This document shows, piece after piece, positions 20,742-30,579 of a stretch of 64,000 bases of DNA; the stretch's first letter is position 1, and each line of letters begins with the position of its first letter. Location: assembly GCA_963799775.1 (NCBI GenBank), contig CAWCYD010000003.1, positions 1,568,001-1,632,000 on the forward strand. Reading direction: 5' to 3'. Source of the stretch: an uncultured archaeon (GTDB lineage: Archaea; Thermoproteota; Nitrososphaeria; Nitrososphaerales; Gagatemarchaeaceae). The notes beneath the pieces were generated by a model. It was not told where the DNA came from, did not search any database, and saw nothing but the letters and a program-made list of their open reading frames with translations. A program made the position numbers and the translations under genes.

Positions 20742-22256
20742 TCACGCTTGAGCGCGGTCAGGTTGTGACAAGAAGATTTTGTTATAGAGATCCTCGCCAT
20801 AGCTGGTCTGCAAAGGCTCCCCTCGGATTATCTTGAAGGTGCGCTCTCCGCCTGCCCTTCTTTCTGCTCGGAGGAAGAGGACGTTTTCCGAGTTCCCCTC
20901 ATACAGACCCCTCGCAAACTCATGCTGGTGGGTGACGAAGAACACCTTCACGCTTCTCTCTAGCAAGGCCGTGACTATCTGCCTAGCAATCTCTGAACCT
21001 TCCCTCTCGTTGGTCGCAGAGAACGACTCGTTGAGCAGGACCATGCAATTTGCCTTTAGATGGTCCACGATCTCGCTCATCCTGGTTAGTTCCTCATCCA
21101 GTTTGCCGCTCCTCATGGTGGTGTCTTCCTCCCGTTTGAAGTGCGTGAAGAGGCCCTCGCATACGTCGGAGGAGAACGAGACCGCCGGCACGAACGCACC
21201 GCACTGCATCAGCAGCTGGGCCAGGCCTACGCTTCGCAAGAACGTCGACTTGCCTCCCCTGTTCGCACCCGTGACGACGACCAGGTCTTTCCCTTGGGCG
21301 TTCGCATCGTTGCTGACCACCTTGTTTCCCAGCTTCAGGGCGAGGCAGGCTTCGTACAGACCCTCAAATGATTGAGAGCGTTCGCCGCGACCTAGCACGA
21401 CGGGAAAGCAGGTGGGCTCGCCCATCTGGACAAGCCGCTCACGCAGGTTCAAACAACCGATGTAGAACGCCAGCTCCGTCCGCAGCGCGGTGAAGTAGGA
21501 GAGAACGGAGTCGCAAGACCGAGCGAGCGCATTTGCGATGGAGTTCAAGCCCCTCTCCTTCAGCTCCGAGAGCAGTCGGGGACCGAGTTCATCGCCTTCA
21601 GCTAGCTTGTACTCCCACTGAGACTTGGACTGGCCGGAGAAGACCTTGCTCAGCCAGCCTCGATCATCTTCCCGCGGCTTACGGAGCGTGTAATTCACAC
21701 CCTTGTTGCCGTTCCCGAGCTCGGCGCTGACCAGGGCTCCGTTTTTGAAGTTGAGGTCGCTCAGGCGGCCTTGGATGTCGACGATGTACTCGTCAGAAAG
21801 TTCTTCTTTGAGGGTCGCGAAGAAGGCCCTGAAGCCTTCTGACTCGAAGCTTCCGGAGTGATCATCGGCGATCCTCCTCAACTCCTTGAACTTGTCTGCA
21901 AGGAAATAGAGCACCTTTGCGGACCCGCGAAGAATCGAATCGGGAGATTTGTCGTACCAGAGCCATTGCTGCTGCTCCCCTTCGAGCGCCTCCACCGCGA
22001 TCCTGTAGATGTCCCTGACGGCGGAAGGATCTCTCAGGCAATCTTTGAGGACGTCTTGCCGGTACGATATCGCGTCGAGCTCTACCAGGCTGGTCAAGAC
22101 CGCCTTTCTAGCCACCTCGAGGAGGAATTTGTCGCCGCGCGCCATCCCGCCGAAGAGGACGTCTAACTCAAGGTCGCTCGTCAGCACTTTCTCGTTCTGC
22201 GGTAGTCTCTGCCCGAGGTCGAAGTCGCGGTCCCTGTGCATGAGGAAGACCTTCAT
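20742..22256 (-). CDS. MutS domain V ATPase (MutS4-like, second of tandem pair)
   Basis: TGANRGGKST, FTHFKREED, LLNESFSATNEREG, VTH, SYG. Confidence 0.85.
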   Translation of the reverse strand: MKVFLMHRDRDFDLGQRLPQNEKVLTSDLELDVLFGGMARGDKFLLEVARKAVLTSLVELDAISYRQDVLKDCLRDPSAVRDIYRIAVEALEGEQQQWLWYDKSPDSILRGSAKVLYFLADKFKELRRIADDHSGSFESEGFRAFFATLKEELSDEYIVDIQGRLSDLNFKNGALVSAELGNGNKGVNYTLRKPREDDRGWLSKVFSGQSKSQWEYKLAEGDELGPRLLSELKERGLNSIANALARSCDSVLSYFTALRTELAFYIGCLNLRERLVQMGEPTCFPVVLGRGERSQSFEGLYEACLALKLGNKVVSNDANAQGKDLVVVTGANRGGKSTFLRSVGLAQLLMQCGAFVPAVSFSSDVCEGLFTHFKREEDTTMRSGKLDEELTRMSEIVDHLKANCMVLLNESFSATNEREGSEIARQIVTALLERSVKVFFVTHQHEFARGLYEGNSENVLFLRAERRAGGERTFKIIRGEPLQTSYGEDLYNKIFLSQPDRAQA

Positions 22257-23785
22257 GATTTGATGCGCTCCTTCACGCTCTCGTAAGTGAGACGGTGCTT
22301 CTTGGCTATTGTCAGGGCGTAGGCGAGCCCGTCGGGAGGTAGTCTCACGATCTTGTACGTGCGCACTTCGGGGTTCTCTGGGACCACGGTGCTGAGGACG
22401 CTTACCGTCTTCTCAAGCGAGGACAGTTCGTCGAGGAATGTCACGTAGACGCAGAGCGAATCCAAACGTATTATCTGCTCGAGTATCGTCTTCCCCAGAA
22501 ACGTGGCGTCCTGTATAGTGCTCGAGCTGAACTCCTCGTTCACTATCACGATGCTGTTGGGCGTGCACCGACTCAGGATGGAGCGGATCCTGACCAGGTC
22601 GTCTTCCAGTTTGCTCCTGAGGTTGTCGATGTTCTCTTCTCGCGCGAAGTGCGTGAAGAGCTTGTCGAACAGGAAGAGCTGCGCCTCGGTGCCGGGGACG
22701 GGAAGGCCCAGGCTGGCCAAGTAATGCAGCTGTCCGAAGGCGCGGGCGAAGGTCGTCTTGCCGCCCTGGTTGGGTCCGTTCACCACGAATATCCGCTCAG
22801 TCCCCTTTAGGAAAAAGTCGTTGGAGACGACGGAAGACTTCGCACTTATCAGCTTGATCGCAAGGGCCAGGTCGAACCCCTCCAGACTGCTGACCTCCTT
22901 GCTCTTGTCTGAGACGAAGGGATAGCAAAAATGCAGCCCTGCGCTCTTGAGCCGCGCGACCAACCCTAGGTAAGCGACATAGAATTGAATCTCTCGATCG
23001 AACCTGGCCACCGTCTTGTCGAGGAAGTAGCGGTGTTCCGCGGAGTAGTCTCCAAGCCTTCGGAACACGTCGGGATAGAGCGTCGCGACCAACTCCAGCG
23101 CGGCCTCCTGGATGTGGTTTGTGCCGGGCCCGTCGGAAAACTCGACCCGGTAGTCCTTTCCCGTCCCCTGCCTGAATTTCTCGAACACGCGCTCCATCTC
23201 CTCGCCATAGTCGACTTCGCCTTCGTACTTGCGGACCGTGAACTGGTCGTGCTCTATGAGCAGGCAGTATCTTGCGGCGGAAAGGTCAGCCCTCAGCTTC
23301 TTCGTTTCAGCGGCAAGCGAGCGGAAGGCGGCCGACTCGGCATAGCCCTTCAGGTATTCGAAGATGGCCAAAAAGCCGCGAGATCTCAAGGGTCGAGTGG
23401 CAAGGTCGGCCGCCAGGCAACCGATGGCCTCGCAGTATTTCTCGACCGCGCTCAGCAACCAGCCTTGCTTGTTGTATGTGTACATTAGCCTGTTCGCGAG
23501 GTCCAGATATTGGCGCATCGTCCGCATCCTCAGTGCGAACGACTCGATCACGTCATAGGTCCCCGCGCTTTCGAGCTCTTGCATTATCTCATGACGGTAC
23601 TTGATGGCGTCGACGCTCTTCAAAGGGGCAAGGAAGAACGGCCGAAGGGCATACTCCTCCTTCCCGGCCGTCATGGCGTCTACTACCTGGTCGAGGTTCA
23701 GGTCGACGAAGAAGTCCGGGGCCTGGGGAGTCTCCCCCTTTACGCCATCTCCCGCGCCCTCGAACAGGATGCTTTGGAAGGTCAT
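22253..23785 (-). CDS. MutS domain V ATPase (MutS4-like, first of tandem pair)
   Basis: DLNLDQVV, NGPNQGGKTT, FTHFAREE, IVNEEFSS, AYA; ATGA overlap with partner. Confidence 0.85.
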   Translation of the reverse strand: MTFQSILFEGAGDGVKGETPQAPDFFVDLNLDQVVDAMTAGKEEYALRPFFLAPLKSVDAIKYRHEIMQELESAGTYDVIESFALRMRTMRQYLDLANRLMYTYNKQGWLLSAVEKYCEAIGCLAADLATRPLRSRGFLAIFEYLKGYAESAAFRSLAAETKKLRADLSAARYCLLIEHDQFTVRKYEGEVDYGEEMERVFEKFRQGTGKDYRVEFSDGPGTNHIQEAALELVATLYPDVFRRLGDYSAEHRYFLDKTVARFDREIQFYVAYLGLVARLKSAGLHFCYPFVSDKSKEVSSLEGFDLALAIKLISAKSSVVSNDFFLKGTERIFVVNGPNQGGKTTFARAFGQLHYLASLGLPVPGTEAQLFLFDKLFTHFAREENIDNLRSKLEDDLVRIRSILSRCTPNSIVIVNEEFSSSTIQDATFLGKTILEQIIRLDSLCVYVTFLDELSSLEKTVSVLSTVVPENPEVRTYKIVRLPPDGLAYALTIAKKHRLTYESVKERIKS

Positions 23786-23944
23786 GGGGATTTCATTTGA
23801 GATGCAGAATGCGAGCCTATTTCGGCCTTTTGACTATCAGGACACCGCGCTTGATTTACGCTCTTGGTGAGACCAACCTTCTTGCTCAGGCTGAAGTAAA
23901 GGGGGGACAGACTCGACTAGGCCTCCGCCTCTACACTCAGCGAC

Positions 23945-23995
23945 CGTTTCAGGCCTCGTTTCATGTCCTCCGCGACCGTTTCAGAGATCGTATCA
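23945..23995 (+). promoter_or_regulatory. Four CGTTTCA/CGTATCA direct repeats (two pairs), candidate operator
   Basis: Copies at 23945, 23957, 23977, 23989 (12/20/12 spacing) upstream of 24046 ORF. Confidence 0.5.
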
Positions 23996-24045
23996 GGCAA
24001 GTGATTTACCCGGACCTCTCCTATGCTATCGGCAGTGAAACGCGA

Positions 24046-24558
24046 ATGACGCAGCAACAATCGGAATATCCCGGGACGGCCTCCACTCTCGCCATAGTTG
24101 GTGGAGCCCTGATGCTCGTGAGCGGTGTGCTAATACTCGGCATCTCGGCGTTCGTCTCACCGGCAATCAGCAGCTTCTTCTCCCAGAACGTCCACTTTGT
24201 CACGCACGGGAACGTCACGTCGATGGTCGTCAACAACAGCACGACCTACACCTTCACCGGGAACAACCACGGCTACAACGGGCACTTCCCGTTCCAGACC
24301 TTCGTCCCCGCCTTCGTGACTGGGATAACGGCGTTCGTCGGGGCGATAGGCCTCGTCTCGGGAGTGATGGTGCTCATCTCCGGTGCGATGCTCCGCAGCA
24401 ACCCCGGCCAGCGCACGCTCTGGGGCGCTCTAGTGGTGGTCTTCTCCTGCCTAAGCTTCTTCGGCGCCGGGGGCTTCGTCATCGGGGCGATCCTCGGGAT
24501 AATCGGGGGCATCATGGCCCTGACCTGGAAGCCGACTGTCAGAGCGACAGTGACCTAG
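24046..24558 (+). CDS. Membrane protein (DUF6114-like C-terminal motif)
   Basis: Several TM helices; SFFGAGGFVIGAILGIIGGIMALTW. Confidence 0.65.
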   Translation: MTQQQSEYPGTASTLAIVGGALMLVSGVLILGISAFVSPAISSFFSQNVHFVTHGNVTSMVVNNSTTYTFTGNNHGYNGHFPFQTFVPAFVTGITAFVGAIGLVSGVMVLISGAMLRSNPGQRTLWGALVVVFSCLSFFGAGGFVIGAILGIIGGIMALTWKPTVRATVT

Positions 24559-24628
24559 TCCGGGGACTCCGACCGGTGTCGGGAAAGGACAAAGGCAACA
24601 TCAGCGGGGCATGAGTGAGACGGAGTAG

Positions 24629-25177
24629 TTGGAAAAGCTCAAGGCCCTGCTGATACTCCTGCTGGCAGCCGCCTTCGGGCTTGCCTTTTCGCTCTACCTC
24701 CTCGCCCTGACCTTCGCCCCCGAGACCTCGCCGCTGGACGTCTTCTATCAGATCATCGACAGAGGGTTTCCGAGCAACCTTCCTTTCGTCATCCCGCTCT
24801 CTGCCCTGCTTTTCCTGTTCACCCTGCTCGCGAGCATGGTGGGCATCATCTACTTCCTGGTCGTGCCCGAGATGAAGGACTACTATGGCGGCGCCGACCC
24901 GGTTGGGAAGGATGCGAGCGCCGTCGTGATGCGCGCGCTCAAGCCCGACGAGCGTAAGGTCGTGGGGGTGATCAAGCTGCACGGCGGCAAATACATCCAG
25001 AAGTTCATCACGCAGGAAGCGGGCCTCTCAAGGCTCAGGACGCACAGGGTGGTCGCAGCCCTCGCGGAGAGGGGCATCGTGCAGGTGGAGAAGCGCGGTA
25101 ATTCTAACGAGGTCACGCTTGCGAAGTGGTTCCTTGAGGGGATGGAAGGGAATGATGAGAACCCGCGCAATCAATAG
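24629..25177 (+). CDS. Membrane-anchored wHTH transcription regulator
   Basis: Two TM helices then LKPDERKVV...QKFI...LSRLRTHRVVAALAERGIVQVEKRGNSNEVTL. Confidence 0.75.
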   Translation: MEKLKALLILLLAAAFGLAFSLYLLALTFAPETSPLDVFYQIIDRGFPSNLPFVIPLSALLFLFTLLASMVGIIYFLVVPEMKDYYGGADPVGKDASAVVMRALKPDERKVVGVIKLHGGKYIQKFITQEAGLSRLRTHRVVAALAERGIVQVEKRGNSNEVTLAKWFLEGMEGNDENPRNQ

Positions 25178-25517
25178 ACGTCTACTACTTCAGTAGTTAT
25201 GAGGCCGTTCGTCTCTACCATGCGGTGGATCTCTGGCAGGGCACGTTTGCTATCTTCTCCGTGTCGCTGACAGTCTCGATGATGGTGGGTAGGTTGATGG
25301 AGAGGCCGAGTATGTCCGCCCTTGCCACCCCCCGGACCCCGTAGCCTCTCGCCGCGTGGGTGACGGTCGCCCCGGAGATCCCGACCTTCTTGTAGAGAGA
25401 GATGATGACGTCGGCCACGGGCTTTCCCTGGTAGGAGTCCTTGGCCTTCACTATCACCGTGAGTCTGAGCATCTTCCTCGAGGGCGGGAGCGGCCCACCG
25501 GCAGATCCGCTAGCCAA
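25171..25517 (-). CDS. DUF190 (PII-like) protein, crcB-associated (frameshift near 25240)
   Basis: YQGKP...GISGATV...GYG...LSINLPTIIETV. Confidence 0.85.
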
Positions 25518-25890
25518 GGCCGAACAGCAGAGTCACGACGGCCCTTCCTAAGAGTATCGCTCCGAGCGAGCAGCCCACGTTCAGCATGATGCTGAGCCCC
25601 GCCGTGGCGAACTCCCCTACTCCCATCAGGTTCACCGTCTCGAATGCGAACGTGGACATCGTGGTGAGCGTGCCGCAGAAGCCTATACCGATGAATAGCG
25701 TGTAGTCGCGGCTCAGGCCCAGCCCCGATACGGCGGTCGCGCTCGCGCCGAGGATGAAGCTCCCGATGATGTTCACTATGAGTACGGAGACCGGGAGGCT
25801 CCCGACGAACAGGTTGTCGCCCGTGATGTAGTAGCGTATGAAGACCCCTAGGAGGGCTCCAGCCGCCAAGTACACGAGGTCCAGCCTCAT
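25510..25890 (-). CDS. crcB: Fluoride channel FluC/CrcB
   Basis: GALLGVFIRY, LIVNIIGSFILG, GFCGTLTTMSTF. Confidence 0.93.
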   Translation of the reverse strand: MRLDLVYLAAGALLGVFIRYYITGDNLFVGSLPVSVLIVNIIGSFILGASATAVSGLGLSRDYTLFIGIGFCGTLTTMSTFAFETVNLMGVGEFATAGLSIMLNVGCSLGAILLGRAVVTLLFGLG

Positions 25891-25923
25891 CTTGTGTCCA
25901 TTCCCGCTCGCTCTATTGGTGTG

Positions 25924-25979
25924 GTAGGAGCTATCGGCTCACAATCGTTTGCGAGCGGTTGATGGCGAGCCCCACCGCC
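25924..25979 (-). ncRNA. Fluoride (crcB) riboswitch
   Basis: Minus strand GGCGGTGGGGCTCGCC-ATCAACC-GCTCGCAAACGATTGTGAGC-CGATAGCTCCTAC matches crcB motif architecture with pseudoknot; 34 nt upstream of crcB ATG. Confidence 0.85.
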
Positions 25980-26095
25980 GTTCTCCCTGAGAGGGCGGGT
26001 TGAATCTTAAGCTTTTCGAGACGTCACAGTGAGCCGCGGCTCGAAGCCTATCGTGCCGAGTCTTCATTAGACTGTAAGGGTTCGAGGGGGCCGGG

Positions 26096-26446
26096 ATGAC
26101 CTTTCCCGAGGGGAGCGTGTTCTGGCAGGACCAGCTCAGATCGTTGCTGATTGGAGAGGATCCAGAGCTGCTCGCGGAATGGTCAGGCATCATCGAGAAG
26201 AGGGCCAACGACAACTGCAAGGACTCGGCGGTCCCTCGAATCACGTTCAGGGTGTCCGTAGACAATCAGGGGAAATTCGCCTTCGACATCGGCGCACCGA
26301 CCCCGCAAGCGATGCTATGCCTTCTGGATGCTATCCAAGATTGCCTTGATCTGATGCCGACTGCGTCGAAGAGGTTCTACGCGGCCTTCATGGACATCCT
26401 TGCGGAAGAAGCGGACAAGCGGGACGAGACGCGAAGCGATTCCTGA
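26096..26446 (+). CDS. Hypothetical protein
   Basis: 116-aa ORF with typical codon usage; no recognised motif. Confidence 0.45.
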   Translation: MTFPEGSVFWQDQLRSLLIGEDPELLAEWSGIIEKRANDNCKDSAVPRITFRVSVDNQGKFAFDIGAPTPQAMLCLLDAIQDCLDLMPTASKRFYAAFMDILAEEADKRDETRSDS

Positions 26447-27774
26447 CTCTGGGATTCTATCCAGCCGTCGATCAAGGGTCGAACCCCTTGTTGCTCCCTC
26501 CCGTAACGGATGAGCTGCTTTGTCAGGTGCCTCTGCGCCCGCGGCGAGGGAAGATAGATGCCCGGCTGGACCGACCTTGGCACGAGCTTCCCCACCTTCC
26601 CTTGAAGGCTCTTGTGACCGCATCTCTCGCATTGGAACCCCTTGGCCGTCCCCTCGGATTTCATACGTGAGCCGCAAACCTTGCAGAGAGGGTTCGCCCT
26701 GGTTGTGGTCCCGGCGAGTTTCAAGAGGTCGACCCGCTCGACATTGACCACCGCGGGGTTCCGGGATGAGGCACTCCTCACTCCCCCGAAGACTCTGACG
26801 CGGTCGCCGGGCCTCAACAGTCGCGCGACCCTTCTCAGGTCACCCGCAGGCTCGTAGACCATGCAATTGGCGTTCGAACTCTGGACACTGAGCTGAAGAG
26901 CTAGATGAGCACCTTCGGAGATGTGGGTCTCCGAGACGACGCCCTCAAGCCAGCCGGACGAAAATACTCGAAGCGGGATCTGAAGCTCGGCTCTCAGGTG
27001 AGCGTCCGTGCACTGGTTGGACGCGAAGATGATGTGTCCGAGAGGCACCTCGCCCAGTCGGACCATCCGGGAGGCCTTGAGCACCACTTCCGGAGAGTCT
27101 CCTCTGAGTCCCGTGAGGACCGGGTCTGGGCCTGTCGGTGCGATGAGCATCCTTTCTGACTCGTGGTCGTAGTCGTTGAAAGTGTGAGGAAAGGTAGAGG
27201 CCTCCATCTCGACTACCGATTTCGGGTCCACCGTCCGCATAGTCCCGCAAGTCTCGGGTCGGCGATAGGTGATGAGCTCGTAGGTGTGGTCGTCCTCGTC
27301 GCAGAAGAATCCCAGGCTCGCTGCCGCGCCCACGATGCCCATCCCGTTTCCGAGCAACTTGTGCCGGACTTCCATCTTGGACATCTCCGCGAGGACGCCC
27401 CTGTAGTTGACGACACCAGAGACCGCCCGCAGATAGAGCTTTCTGAAGAAAGCAAGCTCTTCCCTCGAGTCTGCCGAAACCATGACCATCGCGGAGTTTG
27501 CACCGTTTTTCACATCCGCTTCCGACTCCAAGAGGCGCACCGCGGCCGCGAAGGCCTCGTCGAGCTTTCTCTCAGAGCCGGCTTCGAACTCGATGCAAAC
27601 GGCGGCGTTTCCTCTCGTCTTGAAGGGAATGTTGGGGTTCAGCCTCACCAAGCGCGGATAGACGGGCAGGTTGAAGCCGAGACGCTCTAACTCGCAGGCG
27701 ATGAGATACCCTTGATGGGTCGTGCAGTGGCCGAAGCGCGAATCTGTGTCGTCCAGGCCAAGGAGGACTCTCAT
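26377..27774 (-). CDS. tiaS: tRNA(Ile2) agmatinylcytidine synthetase
   Basis: GLDDTDS...CTT, PRLVRLNPNIPFKTRGNAA, GPDPVLTGLRG, NQCTDAH, C-terminal Zn ribbon and RHLTK. Confidence 0.93.
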   Translation of the reverse strand: MRVLLGLDDTDSRFGHCTTHQGYLIACELERLGFNLPVYPRLVRLNPNIPFKTRGNAAVCIEFEAGSERKLDEAFAAAVRLLESEADVKNGANSAMVMVSADSREELAFFRKLYLRAVSGVVNYRGVLAEMSKMEVRHKLLGNGMGIVGAAASLGFFCDEDDHTYELITYRRPETCGTMRTVDPKSVVEMEASTFPHTFNDYDHESERMLIAPTGPDPVLTGLRGDSPEVVLKASRMVRLGEVPLGHIIFASNQCTDAHLRAELQIPLRVFSSGWLEGVVSETHISEGAHLALQLSVQSSNANCMVYEPAGDLRRVARLLRPGDRVRVFGGVRSASSRNPAVVNVERVDLLKLAGTTTRANPLCKVCGSRMKSEGTAKGFQCERCGHKSLQGKVGKLVPRSVQPGIYLPSPRAQRHLTKQLIRYGREQQGVRPLIDGWIESQSQESLRVSSRLSASSARMSMKAA

Positions 27775-27781
27775 CGGTGAA

Positions 27782-28166
27782 CTACTTTCCGAAGAGCTCG
27801 ATGTAGATCCCGTTCGGGTCCTTGATGTAGGTCCAGCGGCTCGTCTTCGTCTTCATGTCGAGCACGACGGGATAGCCCGCCTTCTCGGCCTGCGCAAGGG
27901 CCTTTGGGAGGTCTTCGACCTGGAAGGCCAGGTGGTCTAATGCCTCGCCAACGCCGTATTTCGTGTCAAAGTCGCTCCCCTTGCCATAGAAGTTCAGCTC
28001 GAGGAGGTGCCCTCCCTCTTCGCTCACGAGGCCCACGGTCTCCCCCTTCGTCGACTCGATCTTCGTCCTGCCCGTGACCTTCATCCCGATGAACCTTGGT
28101 GTAGAACTCGATGGACTTGTCCATGTCTTTGACCCTGATGCCCGTGTAGATGAGACGCGCCTTCAT
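27782..28166 (-). CDS. VOC/lactoylglutathione lyase-like protein (frameshift near 28090)
   Basis: YTGIRVKDMDKSIEFY...LELN...HLAFQVEDL...DPNGIYIEL. Confidence 0.85.
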
Positions 28167-28535
28167 TCGCGTAATGTCGTCCTGAGCGGGCATTAAGCTT
28201 TGCAGATTTTTGCGCGGAGGTCGATTACGTTCTCTAGCTGCCTGACATAATCGTCAAAGGACTCTGCGTCACGTTCCCAAGCCCTGACGAGGCGCCTCTT
28301 GTAGGCTCCCTCAACTCTTCTGAGAAACTCGCACGCGTCTTGCTCTGACATTGCGCGCGCCCTTCACCGCCAGGTCGACTCTCTCCAGATACCAACGGTC
28401 GGGCTTGGCGAGAATCTCCTTCAAATTCTCTGTGGAATTCGTCGTCTTCGGGAGAAGGCATCGTCACCTACGTGTAATGATGCGGGACGTAATAAACACC
28501 GATGCGAGCCTGCGCTCGATTTCCTTTCTCTCTAG

Positions 28536-29033
28536 CTAGCCGCCGGCCACTGCGGGGATGAAGTCGACCTCGTCCCCATTCCGCAGAGAAGCGCTCTTTG
28601 AGGCGGGGACGCCGTCTATGAGAATCATCATCGTCGGAATCATCGGGCTCATGGTTGGATGTTTCTGCGTGACTTGGGCGAGAAGGTCGCTGAAGTAAGC
28701 GGGAGTCTGGAGGACGAAGTACTCCTCCTTCACGCCTACAGCTAGGGGCATCTGAAAATACGACGCCTTGACCCTGACCGAAGAGCCGGAGGCGGTCACA
28801 ATCGGCGCAGCCTGGGACACCTGAGGCGTCGACGAAGCTGACGATGTGGTGGTCTCGGCAAATCCGCTGAGCAGCGATGACTGGGTGTTCTTGGAAGGAG
28901 TGGCATCCCCTGCAGCCGCCCTTCCAGCGGCACCAAGGAGGACCAACCCTGCGCCGACGGCAGAGAAGAGAAGCGCCGATTTCAGCAACCGGCGCCTGGA
29001 GATTCCCTTCTCGTCGTCAGAGGTCGAGGCCAA
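28536..29033 (-). CDS. Tat-signal MoaD/ThiS/SAMP-like ubiquitin-fold protein ending in GG
   Basis: N-term SRRRLLK + hydrophobic helix + AAA; S/T linker; C-term VRVK...LRNGDEVDFIPAVAGG*. Confidence 0.8.
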   Translation of the reverse strand: MASTSDDEKGISRRRLLKSALLFSAVGAGLVLLGAAGRAAAGDATPSKNTQSSLLSGFAETTTSSASSTPQVSQAAPIVTASGSSVRVKASYFQMPLAVGVKEEYFVLQTPAYFSDLLAQVTQKHPTMSPMIPTMMILIDGVPASKSASLRNGDEVDFIPAVAGG

Positions 29034-29050
29034 GGCGTGCGTCCACTATC

Positions 29051-30432
29051 CTAGGGCGCCGCCTTCACCACCACCGTGCCCTGCATCCAGGGGTGATAGG
29101 AGCAACCGTATTGGTAGGTGCCCGGCGAGGTGAAGGTGTAGGTGAACGTGTCGCCAGTGTTCATCTGGCCTGAGTCGAAGCTGTGGTCGGTGGCTGTCAC
29201 AGTGTGAGGCGCCACGTCGTTGTTGGTCCACTGGACGGTGTTGTTGACGCCAATCACCACGGTGATCTTCGCTGGGGAGTATCCGGGACCTGCTACGTTC
29301 GTCTCGGAGCCTTGTGGGATGCTGATGTGGACCTGTGCGGCCACAGCGCTCGTGCTAGTAGTCGTCGAGGTGGTCGCCGTCGTCGAAGCCACCTTGAAGA
29401 TGCCCTCGTCCCCCTTTGGAACGAACTCGAACTGGTGGGTGACGAAGGGGTTCTTGCCGCCGGGGCCCTTGAAGTACATGTCGACTATCGCACCTCCGGA
29501 GGGTGGGATGTTCAACGTCTGCAGTCCGTACTCGGCGTTCGCGGGATTGCCGTCGATGTAGGTCGTGTTGAAGAGCGCTCCGATGACGTGAAAGGCGCTC
29601 CACTGGTTTGGCCCCGCGTTGAGGATGAACAGCCTTACGAGTTGGTTAGGCAGCACCGGCAGGGGCTTGGTGACATACCCGTTGGCCTTGGCGTTGAAGA
29701 CCACGTAGGTCGGGTCCCTCCAAGCATCCTGGTGTAGTTGCCCGCGTAGTTTCCGTCCGAGCCGGGATTGTTGTTCAGGTAGAACTCGCTCTGGAGGATG
29801 TAGTACGTCCCGCCGGGGGACGGAGGCAACGGCGTCGACGGGTTCACGACTATCATGCCATACATCCCGTTCGCGATGTGCTCTATGGCGGGCGACGTCC
29901 CGCAGTGATACATGAACACGCCTGGGTAGTCCGCTGTGAAGTTGAATGTGATTGACTGGCCCGGTGCGACTGGTTGGTAGTCTACTCCCCAATTTACTTG
30001 ACCGGCGTGGAAGTCGATTGAGTGGGCCATGGTCGTGAAGTTGTTGATGAACTTCGCGATAATGAGGTCGCCCTGGTTGACTATGATCGTCGGGCCTGGG
30101 ACGGTCCCGTTGAAGGTCCACGCGTCATAGGTCACGTTTGTAGCTAGAGTGATGACCTCGGGCTTGGCGACCAGCGTGACATGCCGGGTGGTAGGCGCTA
30201 TCTTCGCGACCGACGTTGTGGCGGCAAGCGTCTGAGTAGATTGCTGCGACGTCGATGTCGAGCCCGAAGAAGACGAGAGCTGGGACTGCAACCCCCTAAT
30301 CTGGTCGAGCTGGGACGCGGCGATGCTGCTAAAGCTCAGACTGAGCAGTATCAATACTAGCGCAACGGCCGCGAGGACCGCGGCAAACCTTCCGTCGGAG
30401 ATCCCCTTCCTTGTGCGGCTCTGAAGTCTCAA
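29051..30432 (-). CDS. nirK: Membrane-anchored copper nitrite reductase (AniA-like NirK) with C-terminal cupredoxin domain; frameshift near 29720
   Basis: WTFNGTVPGP, HSIDFH, YHC...H...GMYG, SAFHVIG, FVTHQF; C-terminal PHTVT...YGCSYHPWMQG. Confidence 0.8.
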
Positions 30433-30482
30433 TCGTATTTCGCCAGTTCAGCTTGGAGGGGAAAATTTTGCTTAAGGGTTAG

Positions 30483-30541
30483 CCCTAATGATTAAGGGAC
30501 GTGCGGCAGATCTGCGGTCGCCCAGCCCTTTAGTATTAGGG
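30483..30541. promoter_or_regulatory. Pair of 16-bp CCCT-N8-AGGG boxes in divergent nirK/hemerythrin promoter
   Basis: CCCTAATGATTAAGGG (30483-30498) and CCCTTTAGTATTAGGG (30526-30541; reverse complement matches the first at 13/16). Confidence 0.55.
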
Positions 30542-30579
30542 GTCAAGGATTTACCCTGCGGAGCCGCTTCCGCATCTCA

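Noticed and set aside
20670-26100. Integrated element at tRNA-Met with attR duplicate
   Set aside because: No second copy of the tRNA 3' end and no integrase found by eye
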